A stretch of 64,000 bases of DNA, from assembly GCA_028712795.1 (NCBI GenBank), contig JAQTPT010000015.1:5619-69618 (forward strand), written 5' to 3'. This DNA is from Methylococcales bacterium. Lineage in GTDB: Bacteria; Pseudomonadota; Gammaproteobacteria; Methylococcales; Methylomonadaceae. Of the stretch, positions 19,402 through 28,761 are shown piece by piece. The translations under genes and the position numbers were made by a program. Each line of letters begins with the position of its first letter. Positions within the stretch are counted from its first letter, which is position 1. Under the pieces are notes generated by a model. The model was not told the origin of the DNA and did no database searches. It saw only the letters and a list, made by a program, of their open reading frames with translations.

Positions 19402-20349
19402 TTAAAGTTTCTTGACTGCATATAAATTGATGTAGATGCCCAGTCCGAAGTAATGCATCAAACGGGCAAACGGGATCTGTAAAAACTTTACCAAGCCGTC
19501 AATAACGGCCGCCGGTCTTCCTTTCAATCGCAGTCTTTTAGATGCCGCGTTGAATGGGATACGGGTTATTTGCTCCACTTTAACGACCCGGAAACCATTT
19601 CCCTCCACCAAGGCTCTTAAGCCCTTCCCGGTAAAGTAATTGACATGCTCCGGCACCCATAAACAGGCGTTATCCTTCGTGCCCAGCAGCTTGACTAAAA
19701 ACGAATTGTAATTAGGTACGGCGCAAGCCAAAACACCACCCGGCGCCAGCAGACCGGACACCTTGTTTATCGCCTGATTCGGCTCAAGGAGATGTTCCAA
19801 TACCTGCGACATCATCACTACGCCAAACTGCCCGGATGGTTCGTAATTCTCGAACATCACGGCAAGCGGTTCATCGCCATTCAAATTTCTGAACACTTCG
19901 TTTTCGTATTTTCCAGGATTGATACTAACCGTCCGATAGCCCAGTCTTCTGAGCGCCTGCGTATAAAAACCAAAGCCTGAACCGATATCAAGAGCCTGAC
20001 CATAACCCGAAATATTAAACCGGTCGGCTTGATGACTCATCCGTTCGGCATCCACCTTGCAGTTGGGAAACTTGGCTTCTCTGTCCAACACGTCCTCAAG
20101 TGTTATCGCTTGGGTCAGCGCTTGTCCGGAGTATTCATAAATGGATTGCAACCATTGCACATGGGGCGGCTGATTTAAGAACCCGGTTCCACAGCTTTCG
20201 CAGCGGTATATATGGAACTCTTTCTGGCTCGCATTTTCCGTATAATGGAAGTTTTTCTGGCGCCAAAATTTTATGTTCTCACTCCCACAGCTCACGCATT
20301 CGTGTAAAACATCGCCATAGGTTTCTGAAATTGCGGATGCATACGTCAT
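19402..20349 (-). CDS. class I SAM-dependent methyltransferase with N-terminal Cys4 zinc-ribbon
   Basis: CVSCGS...CESCG followed by SAM motif I ALDIGSGFGFY. Confidence 0.8.
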   Translation of the reverse strand: MTYASAISETYGDVLHECVSCGSENIKFWRQKNFHYTENASQKEFHIYRCESCGTGFLNQPPHVQWLQSIYEYSGQALTQAITLEDVLDREAKFPNCKVDAERMSHQADRFNISGYGQALDIGSGFGFYTQALRRLGYRTVSINPGKYENEVFRNLNGDEPLAVMFENYEPSGQFGVVMMSQVLEHLLEPNQAINKVSGLLAPGGVLACAVPNYNSFLVKLLGTKDNACLWVPEHVNYFTGKGLRALVEGNGFRVVKVEQITRIPFNAASKRLRLKGRPAAVIDGLVKFLQIPFARLMHYFGLGIYINLYAVKKL

Positions 20350-20436
20350 AATATTCGCCTTGTATTTCTCATTGTTAATCTGTTAACCAAGAAGTTGGTT
20401 TAAAAATATATTATTTATCAATAACTAATAAAACTG

Positions 20437-21765
20437 TCAGGCAGTAGCCCCGCAGCTTGATGCGCCCTCTTCAGCCTGGTCTATTGCACCCTCATTTCCG
20501 GAGCTGATATTTCGCCACGGTTTGGCCAGCATGGCTAAAATCAATGCTTCAACGCCGAAATAGATGGGATTGGCCATGGCAGCCCCGGGTAAACCGAAAT
20601 TTTTCACCATCAGCGGTATGCTGATGGCCGCCGTCACCGCCCCGCATACGCGACCCAACAATAACAACCGTGTCCGTTTATTAGCCAGCAGTGGCTGAGA
20701 TACCACGGTTCCCAAGGCATGCAGCGCGCATCCAACAGCAATGGCAGGCATTAACTCAACCGCCGAGTGATAAGATTTTGCGAGCACCCAGGAAGCCACC
20801 CAATCCTTGGTAATAAGCAATAACGATACGCCGGTGATCCCTAAAGCAAAAACACAAGCTATCCATATCCACAAGATCCTGAATCCTTCCTTACTCTTGT
20901 TTTGGGAATATAATTGAAAATAAATTGGCTGAAAGGTACGTAACAAAACCATGGCGCTGCGATTAAACGCCTCGTTGACTATCGTATAAGTAGCTGCATA
21001 TAAACCCACCTCGGCAGCAGTCATTAAATAACCAATGACATAGCGATCACCCAAGCCATTAACCCAAAATATCAATTCCATCGGAATTAGTGGTAAGGCA
21101 TAAGCCCACACATCAGTTTTGAAATTACGCACGATGACAGGGCGGTTTTTTTTATTGGCTTTCATACCCTGAACGAACGACCAAGCCATATTCGAGACCA
21201 TGCTTGCCAAAATATAACCGAGTAAAACCCACTCGGTTTTTTGGTCTCCCCACCATACTAGCGATACCGCCAACAACGGGCGAAGGATGCTATCAGTAGT
21301 CTGCCACAAGCTTGCTCCACGTTGTCTGCGTTCACCGATGAGTAACTGAATGCCCAGTTCGCGCCAAACTGTTACGATAAGAAGGATGCCAGCAAGCATA
21401 AGCAACCAAAAATCGCTGTGCGAGAAATAGCTATAGGTAGCGCCAGCCAGCACCAGCAGGCTTATTGCCACTGCTGTTGATCGAGTTGTCAGGCGGGTCA
21501 CAACCCTGTATAAATCCGCACGCTCCCATTTATCCAGGCACTCCGGCAATAACCTCATGCCGGCGCAGATGAAAGGGTAGGAAAACAGGGTAACGCCAAG
21601 CGCAACAAAGCCATTCAATAAAGCAACTTGTCCGTAAACATCGGGCGTTACCAGTTCGGTGAGAAATCGAGTGCCTGCCAATAAAGCACAGGCGGACATC
21701 AGTTGTCCAAACAGCGCCCAAAATGCGTCACCGAATAATCGTTTTTCTTTTAATAGTCCGAACAT
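20437..21765 (-). CDS. wzx: Wzx-type oligosaccharide flippase (polysaccharide biosynthesis protein, MOP superfamily)
   Basis: Polytopic membrane protein. I chose the start at 21765 (MFGLLKEKRL) because GAGGAA lies 8 nt upstream and it removes the 35-nt overlap with wzy. Confidence 0.75.
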   Translation of the reverse strand: MFGLLKEKRLFGDAFWALFGQLMSACALLAGTRFLTELVTPDVYGQVALLNGFVALGVTLFSYPFICAGMRLLPECLDKWERADLYRVVTRLTTRSTAVAISLLVLAGATYSYFSHSDFWLLMLAGILLIVTVWRELGIQLLIGERRQRGASLWQTTDSILRPLLAVSLVWWGDQKTEWVLLGYILASMVSNMAWSFVQGMKANKKNRPVIVRNFKTDVWAYALPLIPMELIFWVNGLGDRYVIGYLMTAAEVGLYAATYTIVNEAFNRSAMVLLRTFQPIYFQLYSQNKSKEGFRILWIWIACVFALGITGVSLLLITKDWVASWVLAKSYHSAVELMPAIAVGCALHALGTVVSQPLLANKRTRLLLLGRVCGAVTAAISIPLMVKNFGLPGAAMANPIYFGVEALILAMLAKPWRNISSGNEGAIDQAEEGASSCGATA

Positions 21766-21790
21766 GGTTCTTTTCCTCAAATACTCGCTG

Positions 21791-23041
21791 TCAGGATGGA
21801 TGCCGGTAATACGAACCCGATGCAATCGGATTAGCCTGCAATAAGGACGAACTGGCCTGATATCCGGTACCTAATACTGTTCCCCAAAGAAACATTAAAA
21901 TTGCGTTTTGTGGAAAATACTCCCACATATTGAATGTCAGCCCCGCAACGAAGATGAACATCGCCACCAATTCCTTGTTGGGGTGGACAGACATCCTTGT
22001 CGTTGTCCACAGAAAGAAAATATACGCCAGGAGGCCGATCAGGCCATAACCGTTCAGCAAGAATAAATAAAGGCTGTCGGAATCGAATTGCCCCTTAAAA
22101 TGTTCGGCGCCGTAGAGAATATTGATGGTATTAGAGCTCAGCCCCAGGCCCCAGCCGAACAGTACATCTGCAGGTCCATGTATTTGTTCGGAAAATACCC
22201 GCTGCCATAGATCTATGCGGCCATCCTCGGTGGGATTGGCATCATCGCGGCCACTGAGCAAAGGGCTGGAGGCTAACAACAGCGCTCCCACGGCAAATAT
22301 TGGCGCCGGCATGATCAAAGCCCAGCGATCCCGAGGACGGAATAGGGCGTAAATCTGGAAATAAACCACCAGCAACGAACTGATGAAGGCAGTTCGCGAA
22401 CCGCTCAGCAAGGCTAAAAATATGCTGGCCGCCACCCACTTTCGCATACCAGGAACCAGCGAGAACAGCAGCGCACAAGTCGCCATGGTTGCACCAAACA
22501 GGTTGGGACTGACAAAGGTGCCGAACGGCCGACCGCCGCCCAGGAATGACACCCCGAACAAAGGCGGCGCCCACAATGCCTGGGCTATCGCCAACACGGC
22601 CTGAAGCGCAATGTAATAGCGAAGATAATGCGCGAACTTATGGATAACATAGCTACCCGCGCCCAACCGGCTGGTCACGAATCCGATTAACGCCACCGGC
22701 AGGTATTCGAAAACGCGCAGGCCCGCCATCGGCACCACCCAAGGCAAGTCCAGATACAGCGCATAGCCAACCTCGCACAGCACATAAGTGGCGACAACAC
22801 CCAAAAATGCAAACGCCGAACTGGTCAAGGTGCCGCGCCGCAAACGCGGTTCAAAAAACATGTAGGCGACAAGCACCAGCAGCATGGCTTCGCGAAGAAT
22901 GCGTAAACCGAAATCCTGCTCGCCATAAACCTCCTTCACCCCTGTCCAGGCCGACTCGACCTGAGGCAAAGAAGCCAGTGTTGACGCGCTCACCAGCGCG
23001 AACAACAGAACCGGCAAATCTTTTTCCAAGCGTATATTCAT
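21791..23041 (-). CDS. wzy: O-antigen ligase/polymerase-family membrane protein (Wzy-like)
   Basis: 416-aa polytopic protein with a Wzy_C-like central loop. Its position between wzc and wzx supports the call. Confidence 0.7.
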   Translation of the reverse strand: MNIRLEKDLPVLLFALVSASTLASLPQVESAWTGVKEVYGEQDFGLRILREAMLLVLVAYMFFEPRLRRGTLTSSAFAFLGVVATYVLCEVGYALYLDLPWVVPMAGLRVFEYLPVALIGFVTSRLGAGSYVIHKFAHYLRYYIALQAVLAIAQALWAPPLFGVSFLGGGRPFGTFVSPNLFGATMATCALLFSLVPGMRKWVAASIFLALLSGSRTAFISSLLVVYFQIYALFRPRDRWALIMPAPIFAVGALLLASSPLLSGRDDANPTEDGRIDLWQRVFSEQIHGPADVLFGWGLGLSSNTINILYGAEHFKGQFDSDSLYLFLLNGYGLIGLLAYIFFLWTTTRMSVHPNKELVAMFIFVAGLTFNMWEYFPQNAILMFLWGTVLGTGYQASSSLLQANPIASGSYYRHPS

Positions 23042-23520
23042 CTTATGCGTGTATCTTGTCGTCTATCTCTTCCGTGAATTTCGCAGCAGGCAGATAGTGA
23101 CGATTCCGGCGTTTTCCAAACCGGTCTCCAACCGCCAGATATCCGGCCAGCCAAGCCGGATTTTTCTTGGGCTCCGTATGGGCTCGCCAATGCTATCAGC
23201 ATCGCCTCGCGAAGGATGCGCAAACCGAAATCCTGCTTGCCGTAAACGCCCTTCACACCGGTCCAGGCCAACTCGGCCTGAGGCAAAGAAGAAACCAGCG
23301 TTGACGCGCTAACCAGCGCGAACAGCAGAACCGGTAATTTCTTTTCGAAGTATATTTTCATCTTAGACCTGTACCTTGTCGTTTATTTCTTCCATGGATT
23401 CAGCAATAGGCAAATAGCGGCTATTCTGGCGTTTTCCCAGCCAGTCTCCAACCGCCTCATAGCCTGCCGTAAATACTGACGGATTCTTGTGCTCCATGTC
23501 GGTTCGGTTGTAGGCGTAGC
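22886..23520. repeat. diverged tandem duplication (~320-bp unit x2) spanning the wzc 3' end and wzy 5' end
   Basis: 22886..~23204 aligns with ~23205..23520. For example, CGCGAAGAATGCGTAAACCGAAATCCTGCT at 22891 matches CGCGAAGGATGCGCAAACCGAAATCCTGCT at 23208, and TCTTATGCGTGTATCTTGTCGTCTATCTCTTCC at 23041 matches TCTTAGACCTGTACCTTGTCGTTTATTTCTTCC at 23361. Confidence 0.7.
23038..23361 (-). pseudogene. duplicated 5' fragment of wzy fused to an out-of-frame wzc 3' remnant
   Basis: The first ~59 aa (MKIYFEKKLPVLLFALVSASTLVSSLPQAELAWTGVKGVYGKQDFGLRILREAML) parallel the Wzy N-terminus (MNIRLEKDLPVLLFALVSASTLASLPQVESAWTGVKEVYGEQDFGLRILREAML). Similarity is lost after that. Confidence 0.6.
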
Positions 23521-25735
23521 CATAATAGGGATAATACGATGACCCTTCTTTCATGTCGTTGATAATAAAACCATTCGGTTTTATACCAGCCTGTTGAAAA
23601 CGCCTGAAGCTGACCTCCAGTTCTTGCGCCGTGTAGCGGCCTTCCTTAACCACCAGAAAGGTGGCATCAGCATGCTTGCCCATAATGGCGGCGTCGGTTG
23701 CGCCCAAAATCGGTGGCGAATCGATCACGATATGGTTATAAAAACTCTTCAACTGCTCCAGTGTCTCCGCCAAATTGCCTATAACCAGCAATTCCGCCGG
23801 ATTCAGCACCATACTTCCGCGCGGTATAAAGTCCACACCGACATCGGGCAGACTGATTATGACCTCGCCGAGTGTGGCTCTACCGGCCAACAGATCGGAA
23901 AGCCCCAGTTGTTTCTCAACGGAAAAGGTTTCATGTAGCCGGCCATTGCGCATGTCGGAGTCAATGATTACCACACGTTTCTTGATACTCGCCAACAATG
24001 CGGCCAGGTTGGTGCTCACAAAAGATTTACCCATGCCGGGTGCCGGACTACTGACCATGATGACTTTGCTCGCGTCGCTGGCCAGAGTCGCTTCCAGAGT
24101 GGTGCGCAAACCGCGCAGCGATTCTACGGAAATATCAAGCGGATCCTGACTAACCAGGATGCCGGGTTTGCGATCCTTGCCCTGGTCAATCAGACGCGTC
24201 AGCCGGCGCTGTTTTTTGCTGTGCGGAATGGCGGCAAAAAGCGGCAAGCCTACTTGATATTCCAGCAAGGCCGGGTAATTATCGTGGCGCTGCAAGGAGT
24301 GTCTCAGAAACACCTGAGCCGATCCCGCAGTCAATCCCAGCAAGGTGGCAATGGTTAACAGCAGGCTGGGGTTTGGCCAATACGGCTTTTCCGGAATTAC
24401 CGCTGAATCAATGATACGGGAGTTGCCGAGCGAACCGGCAGCGGCAATGCGCTGTTCCTGGGCACTGTTCAGCAGCGAGGTGTAAAGTTCGGTGTTGACC
24501 TGCACGTCCCGCGATAGGCTGACCACGCTCTGTTGAGTGCGAGGCAAATCCTTGATGCGTTTTTCCAAAGCCCCCAGTTTGTGGTCAATACGCTTGATTT
24601 GCGCGTTGGTGGAGACCATGTCCGGATGAGCGGGTTCCAGGCGTTGACTCTGCTCGTCGTACTTTTGTTTGAGTTGAATACTCAGGGTTTCCATTTCGGA
24701 AGCTTGTTTGAGCAATATTTCGGCCTCGGCGGATATGTCAACCGCGCCATGCTTTTGCCTGTAGGTGCTCAAGCCCTGTTCCGCCTTTTCCAGGCGATCT
24801 TTAACAATAGGCAACTGGCTTTCCAGGAAACCCAGCTTTTGCGAGGCTTCCGCAGATTCCCAATTGACTGTCGCGTTGACATAAATGGTCGCGATGTCGT
24901 TGACTGATTTAGCGAGTTGCTTTGGATCACTACCTTTAAGTTCAACGTTGAGAATATCCGTGTCTTTGGAAACTTCCTTGACCGAAAAAGCTTTTTGCAA
25001 GGTTTCTATGGCTGCCAACGAGGTTTTTCTTGTTAACTTAAAATGAGTGCCAGGATGAGCCGCAAACTCAGTGAGCTTAATAACGACAGGCGTAGACTCC
25101 CCAATCTCTGCTGTGAGGGTTTCGCCTGTTTGCCCATTGACCAGTTCTTCACCATTAGGTCCAAGCAGGAGAAAGCGGCCTTCTTCCAGCGCGATAAGGG
25201 TAAACTCTTTATCCAGATAACGATCCGGTATAGTGAAAGAAGCTATCTTCAGATTTTCACCACCCCAGGCCCAGCGGCTGAATCCCAGCCACGGCTTTGC
25301 AATCCCGTCACGGGCGTCATGGCGGCGGGCCAACGTTTCTCCAATAATGGGGAAATAAGCGGGTGAATATTCCACCATCAGGTCTAGATCATCCACCACC
25401 TTGCCGAGTACTGAACGAGAGCGGAGGATTTCCACTTCACGTTGCGCCCGCGGGCTGTCGGCTTCAGTCGCAGCCCCATTCGCCTCGCTATGTAATGGCG
25501 CGGCGAGCAGCGCCTTGTTCTTGTCGATCCGCAGCAGGGCATCAGCCTTGTAGGTGCGCGGTGCCAGGACCAAATAGACCACTGTCACCAGCAGCACCGA
25601 CAACAGCGTCAACAGAATGGTCTTTCTGCCTTCGATCAGCAGGTCGACATAATCGCGGATACTGACGCCATGCTCTTCGATCCGGGACGGATTCAGCGGC
25701 GGTAACACTATAGTAGCTTCATTCTGTGTATACAT
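23363..25735 (-). CDS. wzc: polysaccharide co-polymerase / tyrosine autokinase (Wzc/GumC-type)
   Basis: 790 aa. It has an N-terminal Wzz/GumC domain with two TM segments and a long coiled coil. The C-terminal P-loop kinase has Walker A SPAPGMGKSFVSTN and a Tyr-rich tail SSYYPYYGYAY. Confidence 0.9.
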   Translation of the reverse strand: MYTQNEATIVLPPLNPSRIEEHGVSIRDYVDLLIEGRKTILLTLLSVLLVTVVYLVLAPRTYKADALLRIDKNKALLAAPLHSEANGAATEADSPRAQREVEILRSRSVLGKVVDDLDLMVEYSPAYFPIIGETLARRHDARDGIAKPWLGFSRWAWGGENLKIASFTIPDRYLDKEFTLIALEEGRFLLLGPNGEELVNGQTGETLTAEIGESTPVVIKLTEFAAHPGTHFKLTRKTSLAAIETLQKAFSVKEVSKDTDILNVELKGSDPKQLAKSVNDIATIYVNATVNWESAEASQKLGFLESQLPIVKDRLEKAEQGLSTYRQKHGAVDISAEAEILLKQASEMETLSIQLKQKYDEQSQRLEPAHPDMVSTNAQIKRIDHKLGALEKRIKDLPRTQQSVVSLSRDVQVNTELYTSLLNSAQEQRIAAAGSLGNSRIIDSAVIPEKPYWPNPSLLLTIATLLGLTAGSAQVFLRHSLQRHDNYPALLEYQVGLPLFAAIPHSKKQRRLTRLIDQGKDRKPGILVSQDPLDISVESLRGLRTTLEATLASDASKVIMVSSPAPGMGKSFVSTNLAALLASIKKRVVIIDSDMRNGRLHETFSVEKQLGLSDLLAGRATLGEVIISLPDVGVDFIPRGSMVLNPAELLVIGNLAETLEQLKSFYNHIVIDSPPILGATDAAIMGKHADATFLVVKEGRYTAQELEVSFRRFQQAGIKPNGFIINDMKEGSSYYPYYGYAYNRTDMEHKNPSVFTAGYEAVGDWLGKRQNSRYLPIAESMEEINDKVQV

Positions 25736-25785
25736 AAATTGTCATATCCCAATCATTTGAAAAAAACCAATCGCCTTGAATACCT

Positions 25786-26913
25786 TTAAAAGCCATGGGT
25801 GGCCGCAAGCGACATCATCGATGTGAAGGATCCCGGCAGGATTTGGTTCAGAACCCGTGACCACTGGGTAACGCCTGCGGTGTCTACGAAAACGGTATCG
25901 TGCGCTTGCAGAGCAAACTGGTCGGCCAAAATCATGGCGTCAGGTGATCCCGCATTTAACTGGAAAATCTCGGGATTCATATCACCCGGCCGGATCACAT
26001 AAACCGCTTCCGGCTTGGAGGTATTTAAGTCAAAACCATAAGCTTCCGCCAGGGCTTGTGAAAGCGACAGCTTGCCCTTGTTAATCTGCAGGGCCTGCTG
26101 CCTGCCGACCTCGCCCATCACTAACACTTTGTTGTCCTTGTGGTCAGGGACATACAGCACATCGCCGTCCTTGAGCAGCAGATTCTGGGTGGATTTGCCT
26201 TTTGCGTACAGACTCAGCACATCGATCTTGTAGGATTTGCCATCGCGCGCCAGGGCTACGTTGCTCATATCAGCATCCGCAGTCACCCCGCCGGCACGGC
26301 TGATGGCTTCGGCAACTGTCAACGGCGTCTCCGTCATGGCCTGGACTCCCGGCATTTTAACTTCGCCGACAATAGCTGCCCGATGACTCTGGAAAGACAG
26401 CACGCGAACATCGAGCTTGACCTTCTTGAAATATTTTGAAAGCTCATGGGTCAGTTCCGTCCTGACTTCACTGACTGTTTTCCCCGCTACGGGGATGCTG
26501 CCAACGTAGGGGTAATAAAGTTCGCCATTTTCATCGACCACTTTACCGGCCAGCTCAGGCATGATTTTTTCATTTCCGGGATCGTTCAGCTCTGGATGCT
26601 CCCAAACCGTAATCTGCAATCGGTCTTGCGGGCCGATTCGATAAGCCGCTTTGCTAATATCCACCGGCGGGAGATTATTGACCGCCTGCAGCCGGGAGTT
26701 TTCCCGCTCGATGATAAGATCTGCGGTGATCGGGACGATTCGGGTCTTTTCCTTGACCATCGTGCCGTTCTTCATCACCGGAACGTCCAGTTCAGATAAA
26801 TTGTTGTCGGCTTTCATGTGCATGCCGGGTGTAAATAAAGAGCAAGCCGGCAACAGTATAGCCAGAATGAGGGGAGTCAATTTAAACATGACAGGTGTTT
26901 CCTTAGTATGCAT
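25786..26913 (-). CDS. wza: outer-membrane polysaccharide export protein (Wza family)
   Basis: Lipoprotein-like signal (ILLPACS), Poly_export motif IGPQDRLQITVWEHPEL, and repeated SLBB-type segments. Confidence 0.9.
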   Translation of the reverse strand: MHTKETPVMFKLTPLILAILLPACSLFTPGMHMKADNNLSELDVPVMKNGTMVKEKTRIVPITADLIIERENSRLQAVNNLPPVDISKAAYRIGPQDRLQITVWEHPELNDPGNEKIMPELAGKVVDENGELYYPYVGSIPVAGKTVSEVRTELTHELSKYFKKVKLDVRVLSFQSHRAAIVGEVKMPGVQAMTETPLTVAEAISRAGGVTADADMSNVALARDGKSYKIDVLSLYAKGKSTQNLLLKDGDVLYVPDHKDNKVLVMGEVGRQQALQINKGKLSLSQALAEAYGFDLNTSKPEAVYVIRPGDMNPEIFQLNAGSPDAMILADQFALQAHDTVFVDTAGVTQWSRVLNQILPGSFTSMMSLAATHGF

Positions 26914-28357
26914 TTTTATTGATAAAACCGGTTAGTACAGTCCGCAGTGCAATTTCCAGATCGAACCATACCGACCAATGCTGGATGTAATACAAGTCAA
27001 ACTCTATGCGCCGGTTCAAGTCGGTGTCTCCGCGCCAACCGTTCACTTGAGCCCAGCCGGTGATACCGGCCTTTACCATGTGCTTTTTCATGTAATTGGG
27101 CACTTGGTCTTTAAATACTTCGACAAAATCCGGGCGTTCCGGCCTAGGCCCGACCAGGGACATGTCGCCTTTAAGCACATTAATCAGTTGTGGCAGCTCG
27201 TCAAGACTGGTTTTACGCAAGATACCACCAAACCGGGTAGCGCGTTTTTCGCCAGGCTTGGACCAAACCGCACCGCTTTTGGCTTCGGCGTCCACCGGCA
27301 TTGAGCGGAACTTCAGCATGGTGAACGAACGGTTGTTCCAGCCGACCCTTTCTTGCCGGTAAAACACCGGACCTTTTGAACTCAGCTTGACGCCGATAGC
27401 GATGAGAAACAGTAACGGACTGATCAACATCAACAGGATAAGTGCAAACAATCTATCCATGATCTCCTTTATATAGCGGTTAACGCCATGCAACGGAGAC
27501 ACTGAGAAATCCAGTGTCGGAATGCCGGCCACCGTATTCAAGCTAAGAAATTTACTTTGCTTGAAAGCAAAACAGTCGATAACCAACCGGATGCTGACCG
27601 GCAAATGCCGCAGTTGATACTGAGCACGTTCCGCAAGCGATTCGCCGGGGAACGCAATCCACACTTCGTCAATGGCTTCCTTGGTGACTATGGAGCTGAG
27701 GTCTTTCAATGCACCGAGTCGAGGCAATGAAAAATCTCCCAGAGAGTGCCGGTTTTCGGATCGGTCATCGACATAACCAATAACGTGCAAGCCGGCCCAG
27801 GATGAAGCATTCAACTGCCGGCTAACTGCAACTGCCATCTGGTTTAATCCGACCAGGACGATACGACCCTGAGACCAGCCACGGGCACGCAACAATTTCA
27901 ATACCTGGGAAAGCAGACTACGGGCGGTGAGCATGAATACCAAGCCCAGCACCCACCAGGTAAGGATCCAGCGATAACTGGAGCCGAACCAGAAATGCAA
28001 ACGAATCAAGGCAACAATGGAAATAACCGACACGATGGCGAATACCCAAGCCCTGACGATACGCGCAATTTCCCCGCGCATGGCATCATTCCGCCAGGGA
28101 CGGTAAACCTGGCCGATTTCGAAAAAGATGATGGCCGCCAAGATACCCAGGGCTGTGACTATTCGATAGTCCTGATCGATGGCGAACTGGCGTAGCCAGA
28201 AATAATTGGAAACCCAGGCGGCGCCGATTAGCATGGCTATATCGATAAGCCGCAGCAACAGGATCACTGTGTGTCCATATTGCTTGAAGAGCCCGTTGAA
28301 GATGTTTCCTAAACTGAGTGGCATAATCGCTAAACCCCTATTTTGTCTATGTTCCAT
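26903..28357 (-). CDS. undecaprenyl-phosphate hexose-1-phosphate transferase (WcaJ/WbaP-type priming enzyme)
   Basis: 484 aa with N-terminal TM helices and a C-terminal bacterial sugar-transferase domain (PRPERPDFV...GITGWAQVNGWRGDT). Confidence 0.85.
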   Translation of the reverse strand: MEHRQNRGLAIMPLSLGNIFNGLFKQYGHTVILLLRLIDIAMLIGAAWVSNYFWLRQFAIDQDYRIVTALGILAAIIFFEIGQVYRPWRNDAMRGEIARIVRAWVFAIVSVISIVALIRLHFWFGSSYRWILTWWVLGLVFMLTARSLLSQVLKLLRARGWSQGRIVLVGLNQMAVAVSRQLNASSWAGLHVIGYVDDRSENRHSLGDFSLPRLGALKDLSSIVTKEAIDEVWIAFPGESLAERAQYQLRHLPVSIRLVIDCFAFKQSKFLSLNTVAGIPTLDFSVSPLHGVNRYIKEIMDRLFALILLMLISPLLFLIAIGVKLSSKGPVFYRQERVGWNNRSFTMLKFRSMPVDAEAKSGAVWSKPGEKRATRFGGILRKTSLDELPQLINVLKGDMSLVGPRPERPDFVEVFKDQVPNYMKKHMVKAGITGWAQVNGWRGDTDLNRRIEFDLYYIQHWSVWFDLEIALRTVLTGFINKNAY

Positions 28358-28430
28358 GATGAACGATGCAATCTGTTCATCCCCAAAGTCATCGCGACCG
28401 GCAATCTACACAAGTCGCTACGATTGGATT

Positions 28431-28502
28431 AAAGAATACAGGGGCAAGATGAGAGGAAACCTGCAGGTTTTATTAAGATTAGATGAAGATCGGAATAATT
28501 TT
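28431..28502. repeat. 72-nt conserved intergenic element, copy B (partner at 15265..15336), in the leader/promoter region of the EPS operon
   Basis: 62 of 72 positions are identical to copy A. It contains a perfect 14-bp palindrome AAACCTGCAGGTTT at 28457..28470. Confidence 0.6.
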
Positions 28503-28692
28503 AGGCAGGGAGCAGTATTTGTGGTTAATATTCATAGTCATAGACAAAATGGTTCATTTTGTCCAATATCGAAAATCCGATATTCCCTCTTTGAGGTGAT
28601 CCTGGGGAAGCTTCTGTGTTCCAGGTTGCGGATAGCTTATCTTACATGCAAGACTTTTTTAAAGATTAATCGAGAATAAAGAGGAATAAATC

Positions 28693-28761
28693 ATGCAGGC
28701 TTTCATAACTTTCATAATGATATTGTTTCTAGCATTTTTCATTACCCCTTCTTATTGCTGA
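28693..28761 (+). CDS. candidate 22-aa hydrophobic small ORF (MQAFITFIMILFLAFFITPSYC)
   Basis: AAGAGGAA lies 6 nt upstream of the ATG and the peptide has the length of a single TM helix. There is no other support. Confidence 0.3.
   Translation: MQAFITFIMILFLAFFITPSYC

Noticed and set aside
28206-28679. 157-aa plus-strand ORF spanning the 5' end of the priming transferase gene (antisense) and the EPS leader region
   Set aside because: Its first third is antisense to a well-supported gene and the rest runs through the conserved 72-nt element. It has no SD, an odd composition and no recognisable family. I treat it as a chance ORF.
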